NCBI RefSeq assembly: GCF_026210795.1
Contig: NC_089430.1
Coordinates: 5,208,001 to 5,272,000 of the forward strand
Source of the DNA: Rhizophagus irregularis
Taxonomy: Eukaryota
Length of the DNA stretch: 64,000 bases
Direction of reading: 5' to 3'
Shown here piece by piece: positions 53,322-64,000 of this stretch (position 1 is the stretch's first letter; every line of letters begins with the position of its first letter). The notes under the pieces were generated by a model that was given only the letters and a program-made list of their open reading frames with translations, did no database searches and was not told where the DNA came from. The translations under genes were made by a program, and so were the position numbers.

Positions 53322-54419
53322 ATGGCAAGCATCAAAGTAACTTTTGGTCAAACTTCTCGTAAATTTACTATCCCTTCAAATACAACTTGGTCACAATTTG
53401 AATCTCAATTACATGATCTATTCAATATACCATCTGATACTTCCTTTTCAATTTCTTATATCGATGAAGATGGTGATGTCATAACTTTATCAACTGATAC
53501 TGAATTACAACAGATCCTTTCAGATCAAGAATCTTTTGGTACAAATGTTAAATTTAATATTTATACTTCTGAAAATTCTGATAATAATGATTGGGTTTTG
53601 GAGAACGCTGAAGAAAAAGATGATTCCGTCGTCACTATAAGTGATGATGAAATTACTTCCAAAAAAGATGATGAGATTATAGCTTATAATATTGGTGATC
53701 CTAGCGAAACTGAAAATACTGAAAACAATGAAAACAATGAAAATGTTGAAAATGTTGAAAATACCGAAAATACTGAAAATATTGAAAATACCGAAAATAC
53801 TGAAACGGAAATTAACCAAGTTGTTGACGTTCAAACGGAAGAACAACAGCCGGCTGTTGAAATGAAAAGTTACCCTCGAGTCACAGTAACGGACGAAAAA
53901 GATGATCCTTTATTTGAATCAACTCTTCCAAAAGAAAATTCTGAAAAACAATTTGAAGATTTACTAACTCCTGTTGATTCCGTTAACAAAGAACAAAATC
54001 AAGAAAATCCTGTGACTCCTGCTGAAACTCCAACTGAGTCTTCGAATAACGCTAACGCATCTCCCAATACCCCCGATGAAAATAACGAGGAATCCGATGA
54101 TGATCCAAGCGTTATTTTCATTTTTTCATCAAGACCATATATTCAACGTACTTATTATAGACCAAGAGTTAATTTATTCAATAGCCTTTTAAATGGTCCT
54201 ACACATTTCGATCACTTCAATCATTTCAATCATTTCAATCACTTCAATCACTTTGGACATTTCGCTAGACCAAGTAGACCAAGAACACCTAGTTATGGTT
54301 TTAGAAGAAATCCTTATTTCGGATCTAGAGGTTGCGGGTTAACTTCTAGAGGTTTTGGTGGTTTTGGTGGTTTTGGTAGTGGTTTTAGTAATGGAGGTTT
54401 ATATCATTTTGGGTTATAA
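53322..54419 (+). CDS. PB1-domain protein with acidic and low-complexity tails, 365 aa
   Basis: N-terminal IKVTF Lys and OPCA motif YIDEDGDVITL; ENTEN repeats, (HFN)n repeats and a G/F-rich C-terminus. Confidence 0.88.
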   Translation: MASIKVTFGQTSRKFTIPSNTTWSQFESQLHDLFNIPSDTSFSISYIDEDGDVITLSTDTELQQILSDQESFGTNVKFNIYTSENSDNNDWVLENAEEKDDSVVTISDDEITSKKDDEIIAYNIGDPSETENTENNENNENVENVENTENTENIENTENTETEINQVVDVQTEEQQPAVEMKSYPRVTVTDEKDDPLFESTLPKENSEKQFEDLLTPVDSVNKEQNQENPVTPAETPTESSNNANASPNTPDENNEESDDDPSVIFIFSSRPYIQRTYYRPRVNLFNSLLNGPTHFDHFNHFNHFNHFNHFGHFARPSRPRTPSYGFRRNPYFGSRGCGLTSRGFGGFGGFGSGFSNGGLYHFGL

Positions 54420-54816
54420 ACTTTTTAAAGATTTTTCTAGATTAGTATAGACATTTTTTTATAAATATTTATTTATTGTTTACTTATTATTTATTATTTT
54501 AAAAATTACTTATTGTTTATTATTTTAATAAATTATGTTTAAAATTTTTTATTGTTTTTAAAAAAAACAAATATATGATTTAATGCCTTTTGGCAATTTT
54601 TTTTGTAATTCGTCTTGTATAAATCAAGTTTAAAATAAAATAAAGTCGATAAAAAAAATGAAGTAATTTCTATATTTATAAATTCGTCACGAGTTAACTT
54701 ACTATGGTTGAATGATTACATCATTTTGTATAAACGTAATAAAAAGGGGAAAAATCATTTGTAATTTTCTCATAAAAATCTTTTTTATATTTTTTTATAT
54801 TCTCTACAAAAAAAAA

Positions 54817-56895
54817 ATGTCAGACGTGGATTCAAAATTGGATATAAAGTTAACTTTTCGAGAAGAATCCGTTTATGTGGTAATCGAAAGTATGTTTGTG
54901 GCGCAGCATTTTTTTTTTATTATAATATCGTACAGAGTTTAACCAAAAATATATATATGTATAATATTATACCTCGTTATAACTAATACTTTTATCATTA
55001 TTTAATTATTAGAAAATAAATTGAATTATGAAGAAATTCAAAATCAATTCATTAAAAAATTTGAACATTTCGTTCCTGAAAAATGTAAAATACAATGGAA
55101 AGATCGTGATTGCGACTGGATCTTGTGGGAAAAAGGTAACTAATATATCAACCCTCGAGATGATTTAATAATTCTGCATGATTTGTGATTTGTGATTTAA
55201 ATTTTTTTTTTAAAAAAAATTAAAAAATTTGTAATCATTAATACCAGATGATGCTGATGATGTTGATTCTATTAAGATCATAAAAAGCATGGCGAATTAT
55301 AATCACAACATACTTAATTTTCGAGGAGTTATCATCGATCATGTGGTAAATGAAGTTTTTTTTTAAAAAAAACGGATTATTCGTTGTTTAAAACTAAAAA
55401 TTTTAAAAATTTTAATTAGCTGGAAAATATTAACGGTGGTGATACTTTGAGTGTAAAAGCATTAGTCAAAAGGTAAATAAATAATTCTTACAATGTATGA
55501 CCGAGTCAAATGTTATTTAATTATATATATCTCTCCTTACTTATTAGTTACAATCATGCACTTAATGAAAATCGTAATATGGCTGAACGAGGTATTCAAC
55601 TTGATATTATACGTCATATAATGATTGTCACAAAACCTAGTGATCATAGGTTAATTGATTCTACGCGTGAAGTGGCAATTTGGTTAATTGAATCTTATCA
55701 TCAAATTCACGTTTATATTGATCATAATTTTAAGAATGATTATGAGAGCGTGATCTCTGAACATGAAAATTACAAGAATCGAATTCATTTTTGGAGTACA
55801 AATGAGACACGTGAAAATATTGATTTAATCGTTACCCTTGGAGGAGACGGGACGGTCTTATTTTCATCATGGATGTTTCAGCGTGACGTACCACCATTGT
55901 TATCATTTCACCTCGGTTCCTTGGGTTTCTTGACCTTATTTGATTTCGATGATCATCGACGTGTTTTACGTAATGTTATCGAGGAAGGTGGTGTACGCAT
56001 TAACGTCAGAATGCGCCTTAATTGTTCAATTTATAGAAATAATAAAAAAGAAATAGACAATATCGATTTCAATTCTGAGCCATCTGAAAGTTTTCAAGTG
56101 TTGAACGAATTATATATAGACCGTGGTGATGCTGGGAACATGTTAGAAATGATATTGGTATGCATATATAAATATATACTTATGTAGTTATAATACTTAT
56201 GTAGTTATAATATTTAATAAAAATTGTATTATTCTTAATAAGTGCATGGATGGTTGTCAAATTACGTCAATTTGGGCTGATGGTCTTATAATGGGTAAGT
56301 TAAGTTAATATTATTTGTATTTTATTTTATTTTTTTAATTCCAGAATTATTGAAATTTTTTTTTTATTTTTAATTGATAGCAACAAGTACAGGATCTACA
56401 GCTTATTCGGTATTTAGTTAAATTTTCTCTTCAAATTAAATTAATTAGATTTTTGAAAAAGCTCTTATATTTACATACACTATATGTCATTTAGCTTTCT
56501 GCCGGAGGATCTCTTGTTCATCCTGATCAAAATTCCATCTTGATTACTCCAATCGCACCACACACACTTACAGCAAGACCAATGATTATTCCTGGATTCA
56601 AAAAGATAAGCATCAGCGTTCCTTTTACAAGTAGAATCTCTGGTTGGGTAAGCGATAAAACGACTTATCAATAATATTTGTAATTTTATAGGTTTTAATA
56701 ATAAGATAATTTTTTTTATAGGTTTCGTTTGATGGTAGGAATCGTACTTCACTTGCTCTTGGTGATACCATTGTGGTTACTGCTTCAACATATCCTTTGT
56801 TGTCAATATGTCGAAAGGATCCTTATGAAGATTGGTTTCGTGGATTAAGTCAAATTCTTAATTGGAATCATAGAATTCCTCAAAGACCAACCTAA
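54817..56895 (+). CDS. ATP-NAD(H) kinase with N-terminal PB1-like domain, 9 exons
   Basis: LGGDGTVL, LGSLGFL, VLNE, ADGL, ATSTGSTAYSLSAGG, PIAPHTL and SFDG motifs assemble across GT..AG introns; ATG 54817, stop 56893-56895. Confidence 0.88.
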
Positions 56896-58717
56896 CCTTT
56901 TAAGGGATCTTTTCGATTTCTGGTCTGGTGGCTGTTATAATATAAGTTGAAAAATATATTATTTCAAAAAAAAAAAAATTCGGTTTGGTTTGATTAAAAA
57001 ATTTGATTTAGGTAATATTTAAATTAAGGATTTTCTTTAATAAGACGCGTAAGATAATTCACTAGAGAAGAAATAGATAAGGATTTTTTTTTTTGTATTT
57101 ATATTTACCATATACTGTATGTAATTTATCTATTATAGTAAATTTCGTCATATTTATTTTTTTTACCGCCAAACTTTAAAAAAAAAAGTTTTTAACGCCT
57201 AAAAAAAATTTAATTAAATGATATACAAATTCATAATAAAATTTAGTAAGAACATCAATCACGAGTGATCACGGGATCAATTTTAACATTTGTATTTACA
57301 CTATCTAAATATAGTGTAGATTAAGGCTTTGGATTTGTTGTTCAAATTTTCTGGATCTAAATTTTTTTAGAAAAGGCTTATTACTTTGTTCAACTACATC
57401 ATACTTTTACTATCTTTAGAAAAATACTCGATTTGTTTTTCATATCTAACCTCATTCATGAATTTAAATTATAGGATAGTATAACGGTTATCACATATAA
57501 ACACGCCGCGGACAAAGCACCAGTCCTTATTAGTATTAAATTTATATAATAATATTTTATTATTTTAGTTTTTTTTTCTAAAAGCATTTTTTATTAGAAA
57601 TAATGCAATTGATTTTTTTTTTTTTTTTGGCTTACAAATATTTTAAAGATTAATTTCTTCTGATAATCTATTTATTTAAATTTTATGCGAATTATAATTG
57701 AAATCAAGATTACTTTTTTGATATTTTCAAGAATGATTTCATATTAACGAGAATAAATAAAAAAATATAAGTTTCAAATATAACAGATAATTCCGGTTCG
57801 AGTAACGAAATGATGAAGTTTACTGTCAATATCAGATTTTGACTATTTTAATGACGATCAATTAATAATGGATGATAATAGAATAGTAGAGTCACATTCC
57901 CGTCTAATGCAAAAAGCAACTAAATTAATTCACTAATTTAGCTTGCTATAAATATATCTATAGGAAGTAATCGATTAAATTCAATATGCTGAGTATGCTT
58001 CGACTTTCGTTTAGTTTCGGTAGATAGACGTTAAATACACTTGGTCATTATATATTTTCACTCGAAAATTTGGCGAAGTTGGCAATGGTAGAACAAGTTT
58101 ATGCGAGTAATATGGTCAAAACAGTCCCATCGTCACGACAGTTCAGCATGTGGTCAGATCGGTTAAAAAAGAAAGTTTATTATCATTACTAAATCGTAAA
58201 CCCTATAAAAAATTGTTTTGGAAAATTGATCATATGTCGGAGTTTTTGAAATAAAAATAACTCTCATTCAGGCAATCAGGCGATCATAGGCGATCATTAA
58301 CGTCACATCTGCATTTAATCGGAGTGAGAAGACCTGAGGTTACATAAATCATTGGATAACTATTTTTAACATCATATTCTAACGTTTTATCCTCGATCAC
58401 AAATTATTCTTTTATTCTTTATTCCCTTTGTTCTTCATTGATAATAACAACATTATATACTAGCTGAAATAGTGTAATAAAGTATATTTATCGGTACTAA
58501 CCAAAAAAAACCAAGTATTTCCGGAAACGGTTCAGGAATTGCGATAATTGCGATGTATTAAAGGGGGGCGTTTGTACGGGAAAACATAATTTATATTTAT
58601 CCACTTTTTAATTCACAGTAAAAATATACCCCATCATTTCAAAAAAAAATAATAATAATAATAATATTTCATTAACTGTTAACATAAACACTTCACTTAA
58701 TATTCCAAATTCAAAAG

Positions 58718-60011
58718 ATGTATTGGTTAACATCTTTATTATTCTACAAAACCTTCTTATTATTTAGCTTATTCACTACGTTTGTATTATCATGTTCTCC
58801 AGAAATCAATAATGAGGATGTTTTTTCAATAAGTCGATCAGATGAACCCAAGAATCGATTTCAACTATATTATGGTGGAGTGTAAGTTACAGTAATTTGT
58901 AAAACTATACTTTATCATTTTCTATAAAATAACAAAAATATTTTTAAATTCAATTTTAAAAAACTGTACAGGAAACCGACTGTTGCTATTTATACAGTAA
59001 ATGGTGATGATAAACCAGTTTCTCATGAAATTTTTCAATTAACACAACCTGCATCTGATTCTTATGAGTTTCGACCGTTTCAAGACTTTTATCGAACACT
59101 TGGTAAATACAATATACTGTATATATATGCATATATATATTTTTTTAATAAATAATATTAAAAAAGATATTATATATACTATATATATTTTTATTAATTT
59201 TAATCAATCAAAATAATCGTTAATCAATCATATTTAAAACGTGATCTTTTTAAATTTTTAAATTTAAATAATAGTTATTGAAATGAACAACGTAATTCCT
59301 TTTCAACTAAATTATAAGTTAGTATTGTATTTTAATCTTTTTATATAATTTTTATAATTTGTCGTATTTTTATCGATCAATTTGATCAATTCTGATTTAA
59401 TTTACTCTTTTTTTTAAAAAAATATTAAAAGTGCTGGTTCTGAAAATCAAAGATTTAGTATTGTTTGTGATAAATGTAATAGTCAGACAAATTCTGCTGA
59501 TTGGGCACCATATCATACTTCATGTTCGATAAAGGTAAAAATTTTTTAACCTTTATATTTAATACCTGTTTTTATTAATGATAAGCAATTTCTAAGTTTG
59601 ATTCTATTATTTTTTTCTTAAACAGAATAAAGCATCTAATCTTTGTGTAAAGAGTGTAGGTAACAATAATAATTTGATTCAGTCTGATTGTGGAAGTGCG
59701 ATGAAATGGGATCTTATTGGGTATATTGAATTTTTTTTTTAAAAAAAAAAAAATTTTTAAATCTTCTCTTTTAATTTAAAAAAAATTCGATCAATAATTT
59801 ATTTAATGGAAATTTAAATAGGAGAGTATCACCTACAGGTTCGAGTCAAACTCCTATAAAAACCGATCCTAATAACGTTCAAATCTCAAAAGGTGGACTT
59901 GCAGCAACAGTTCTTGGATCTATCATTGGAACGAGTCTTATTGCTCTCGCGGCTGGTTATTGGTTTATCAAACGTAAAAGAATTTATCCTGGTCATGCAT
60001 TAAATACATAA
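58718..60011 (+). CDS. Predicted type-I membrane protein (signal peptide, Cys-containing ricin-B/beta-trefoil-like ectodomain, TM helix, short basic tail), 6 exons; absent from the ORF track
   Basis: Hand-spliced frame: MYWLTSLLFYKTFLLFSLFTTFVLS..., NQRFSIVCDKC, CSIKNKASNLCV, QSDCGSAMKWDL, GGLAATVLGSIIGTSLIALAAGYWFIKRKR, TAA at 60009-60011. Confidence 0.75.
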
Positions 60012-60352
60012 TTAATAATTTGATTTTATTATATAATTTTATGTACTTTAGTGATATTATTAATAGATTTTTTTTAAATAAATTTTGACTAAGTTCAATT
60101 AACACGTTTTTTTTATTTACAATTGAAAATCGTATATTAACACAAGAACAAATTAGCAGCAATATTCTTTACTTTGACCCTGCCTTTATTAAAAAGAATT
60201 CTTACTTTTGGTCAAGTGGTTTTTGTTAGAATGAGAAAATTTGCGTTTTGTATTTTTATATATATACCCTATAAGAAATATGTATACGGAAAGGATACGT
60301 TTTGTACACATTTTTTGTACGTTTCTATAGATTCCGTATACAAATTCCGTAT

Positions 60353-63300
60353 ATTTTTATTTTTATTGAACAGTAATAGTTAGCGAATACAAATTTTATA
60401 AACATATCAAAAATGAAAAAGTAAAATAAAAAAATGAACTAAACTATCAGAAGAATCTACTTCGACGGTGGGGCAATTAAATACGAAACTATTAAAGATA
60501 TAACCAACTACACCTAAAAACCATTTCATTAATTAACCCACTACCTCCCATACACTAGCCGAAACTTGGTAAGTTGAAGCCCGCCCTGCAGAAGAAAGTA
60601 AAATTGACCCTATAAAATTATATAAATCAAACTACTAAAATCTACGATGGCGCTACGAAGTAAGATTAGTATAAAATTCTATTATATTTTTACCAAAATA
60701 AATATAATTCCTAACACTATCTAAAGAATCATAATGAATAATATTATTATTACTACTATTATTACTAGGTAATGAACGAACGCTTTTGAATTCTAATTTT
60801 TTCTTTTTAGTTAACCCTATAGAACGTTCAAATTCCTTCAAATACGAACACCTTGGAATCCAAACTTCTTCGAATATCGTATTAAAAATAAACTGTCTCA
60901 TTTGAACCAAAACATCGACAACATTTTTCTTTGTAGTCCAGGAATTCAATAATTCTGAAAGCGACATAGGTATAATACCTTTAATCAAGTCAATAAAAGT
61001 AAACACGTTAGGATCATAAGATATATCCCATATATCAAGTGCCATAAGAGCATTAAAATCTTGTATATTATCATTATATTCTAATATCCAAGTCAAGAGA
61101 TGATTAATAGTTTTATCTCTAATGTTGTTAATAATATCATAATGACCACTACATGTCCAGACATGATTAAAGGTTTCGTCTTGTAGACCACATATAGGGC
61201 ACATCCAACCATCATATAAATCAAGCAATGATTTCTTCATCTGTTCAATTGTAGGAATTTCTTCAATTAACAAGTGAACTTTTTGAGCTTTCATTTTAGA
61301 AGAAGAAACAGAAGTTTCATTGTTATTTATGTCACAATTTAAACAACTAAATGTGGATGTCCAGTCAACTTCTAATGTACGATATTTAGAATTTCTATTC
61401 AAATTAACAAATTTCTCTAATCCTTTGTAGTTGCAAATATTTTTCAAAAATGAGCGCAGCTTATTTTCAATAATAATCCCATTCCAACAAGGAATAACTT
61501 TCATCATACAAGCGTTCTGTCGAAAAACTATATAGCGATCCTGATCAGCATGTGCAAGTTTCGCCAAATTATCTACATAATTATTACCCATATCATCACC
61601 ATGAGCAACTACCTTAAACATTTCCACATGCAAGTTCAATGTTAATATAATTCTACATAAAATAGACCATAAGAAATTATTATTAGCCTTGAAATATTCT
61701 CGTGAGGTTTGAGAAAACCTTGATTTCTTTAATTTTTCAAACTGAGTAATTATGTTAAGCGAATCTGTGTTAATTCTAACTTTACTATTTTTTGGAACAA
61801 CGCTTAATGCTAAAAGAACAGCTAATAATTCTCCTCTATATGCAGAAGGCCATTTATCAATAGTAGAATAAAATTTGACGTGAGGTATATCAAACAAATC
61901 ACTAATCTGAGCGAAGGCGCAGCTAATACTACATTGTTCAGTACCTAATTCTATTAATGAACCGTCAGTGTAAAACTCAAAAATATAATAATTATTATTG
62001 TTAAAAGGAGCTAATGTTCGTTGGATAGTTAATAAGTCATTTCTTGAAGTTGAAGAATCTAACAATTCCAAAATTATGTTATCTTGTATTTGTGGAGAAA
62101 TTACGTGATTTTGCGTTAACGCTCGATGTATAATATCATATTTCTTTTTCGCAAAATCAAAAATGTTAAAAATATTAAATTCTATTAAGTTTGTAGGTTG
62201 ACTAGGTGCAAATTGAGAATCTGTTAACAATGGTACTAAACATTCCCAGTCAGCAGAAAATGTACAAGGTGATCGTGTTGATAATGATGCATTAGCAGCA
62301 CATCCATATTCCATACATTGATATATATAAGTATGTGTATCAGTACATTTAGACATATCAATATGAAAATGTTTAATAATAGGTCGTTGTGTTTCATCTA
62401 TTCCTTGAATTTTACCAATAACTACGGAGTTAAATTGTGAATTATAAACTGCTATTAAAGATCTATTTTTTTAGTAATATTATATGATCGAGGCTCTTCC
62501 ACATTGTCAACACGAGCGCTAAACAATTGTGTTATATTATGATTCAAATGAACACCATCTGAAGTAATTAAATTTCTAATATCAGAATACCATTTAGTTT
62601 CTTTCCGTTGTGAAAAAACAGGAATATAAGCCTTAATAAGTATTTCTTTCCATAATAATAAACGAGATTTATCACCCGAAATAATTTGATCTAAAAATAA
62701 AATATTTTTTTCACGAAGTCTCTTCCTATGTTTAGAATAATATGCATTATCTACCACATCTTCTAAAGGAATTTGACCACCTTTGATTGTTGGAAAAGTA
62801 TTAATATCTAAATTTTCTAACGAAATATTATTATCGTAACATAATAGAAGCATATTAAGGATATAATTATTTTTTCGTGTATGCGGAACACGATTATAAG
62901 GAAGTTTTTCTATCAATGGACGCGATGTCCATAATTGATCCTGTAAGGACTTTAAGTGAATTTCAGTAACTTTTCCTAATAGACCATTGTCGTTAAGTTG
63001 AATACAAAAATCTGTAATTTTGGATTGAAGTTGATTATCGTAAAAATCTCTATATCCATATATATATGGATTATCGAGTATAGCGTTAGGCGCAGAACGA
63101 GCGAATTTTAATTTGTTTTTAAACATCCTTCTAAAAGGAATAATTAAAGCTTCTGTTTGAGTTTTCGATAAAGCCATAACTTGCGACCAGTATTCAACTC
63201 TAGGAACGATAATTCTATTAAATATATATAAAATATGTTTATCAGTAATCTTCTTTTTGTACATAAGATTAACTAGATGATCTATTTCATTCTTGATCTT

Positions 63301-64000
63301 GAACATCAAATAATTTCCGTCATGTTTAATATTGAAATATACTTCCAGGATACACATAGGTTTGTGTGGATGTTTGGCTTTAATATTAATTTCTTCACGA
63401 CCAAACTTGATTAAAATTTTGTCATTATAATTATGAGAATATCTACGCTTCTCAGTTGTAGTCCTCATCATAAGCTCAGACTTTTCTTTGTTGATTTGAA
63501 TATCGTTAAGGCGATAAAATGTATCAGCAATGTATAACAACTTTTCCAATTTTGATTTTTCATCAGTAATCCATTGAGTATCATCCATGTACGCCATAAC
63601 GGAAACATGTTGTTGATTGAATACACCTTCTTCTTGAACCACTGATTTTGATATACAAGAAATATTATATCCCAATTGTTGTTGGTCAATTTCTGCCAAA
63701 AGAGGATCGTAATAAATATACCAAAGCAACGGTGAAATAACTTCTCCTTGATTGATTCCTGTAAGAACATCATAAGGTGCAGTTTTTCCATACGCAGTGA
63801 TAACTTGATTTTTTCTATCTTTAAAAAGCTCTAAAATAAGGGACGAAAAATCGTTAGGAATTTTAATTCTATCCATCGCTTTTCTGAGTTGAAAGATGTT
63901 CACACGATCATAAGCCTTTCCCATATCCTGAGAGAGTATCCATAATTCATTATTATTATCGATTGAATCTTGAATAACTTCGTTCATAATCCTTATCGGT
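60353..64000 (-). mobile_element. Non-LTR retrotransposon (LINE), 3' part: RT, RNase H, CCHC; runs off the window edge
   Basis: RT motifs DMGKAYDRV, QGEVISPLLW, YMDD; RNase H FYTDGS/GELLA/TDS/AH..GN; CPIC..ETFNHVWTC. 1-nt frameshift in the A7 run at 62466-62472. Probable A-rich tail near 60353-60368. Confidence 0.92.

Noticed and set aside
53520..53846. 108-aa minus-strand ORF
   Set aside because: Antisense of the ENTEN repeat in the PB1 gene.
63468..63791. 107-aa ORF inside the LINE
   Set aside because: Alternative frame of the RT region with no motifs.

Overview
Very AT-rich eukaryotic DNA with short GT-AG introns. Gene content (expanded TKL-type kinases with HRDLHxGN/DMG motifs, RNase H-bearing LINE, intron style) is typical of a Glomeromycotina (Rhizophagus-like) fungus; the taxon is an inference. 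Three paralogous minus-strand kinase genes dominate the window. Their N-termini are arrays of 6, 15 and 9 tandem phase-0 exons, each encoding a Cys-knuckle plus degenerate kinase N-lobe module with a hypervariable aromatic loop. These precede one catalytic C-lobe exon and an N/Q-rich repeat tail, built from 45-48 nt micro-exons in two genes and from an intra-exon 18-nt repeat in the third. Gene 3 carries a stop codon and a frameshift. Between kinase genes 1 and 2 is an unannotated 33-aa ORF ending in a CaaX box (MNPTIITSKPIVIVTSEVTEKPDGNPTNSCSIM), shaped like a fungal lipopeptide pheromone precursor, with a decayed paralogue 1.2 kb upstream. Other content: a cytochrome P450 with an atypical I-helix, a 91-aa gene, a PB1 protein, a PB1-like/NAD kinase fusion, a type-I membrane protein with a ricin-like ectodomain, a LINE at the right edge, several MITEs, Helitron-like ends and local segmental duplications. 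All exon boundaries were read by hand and lack transcript support.
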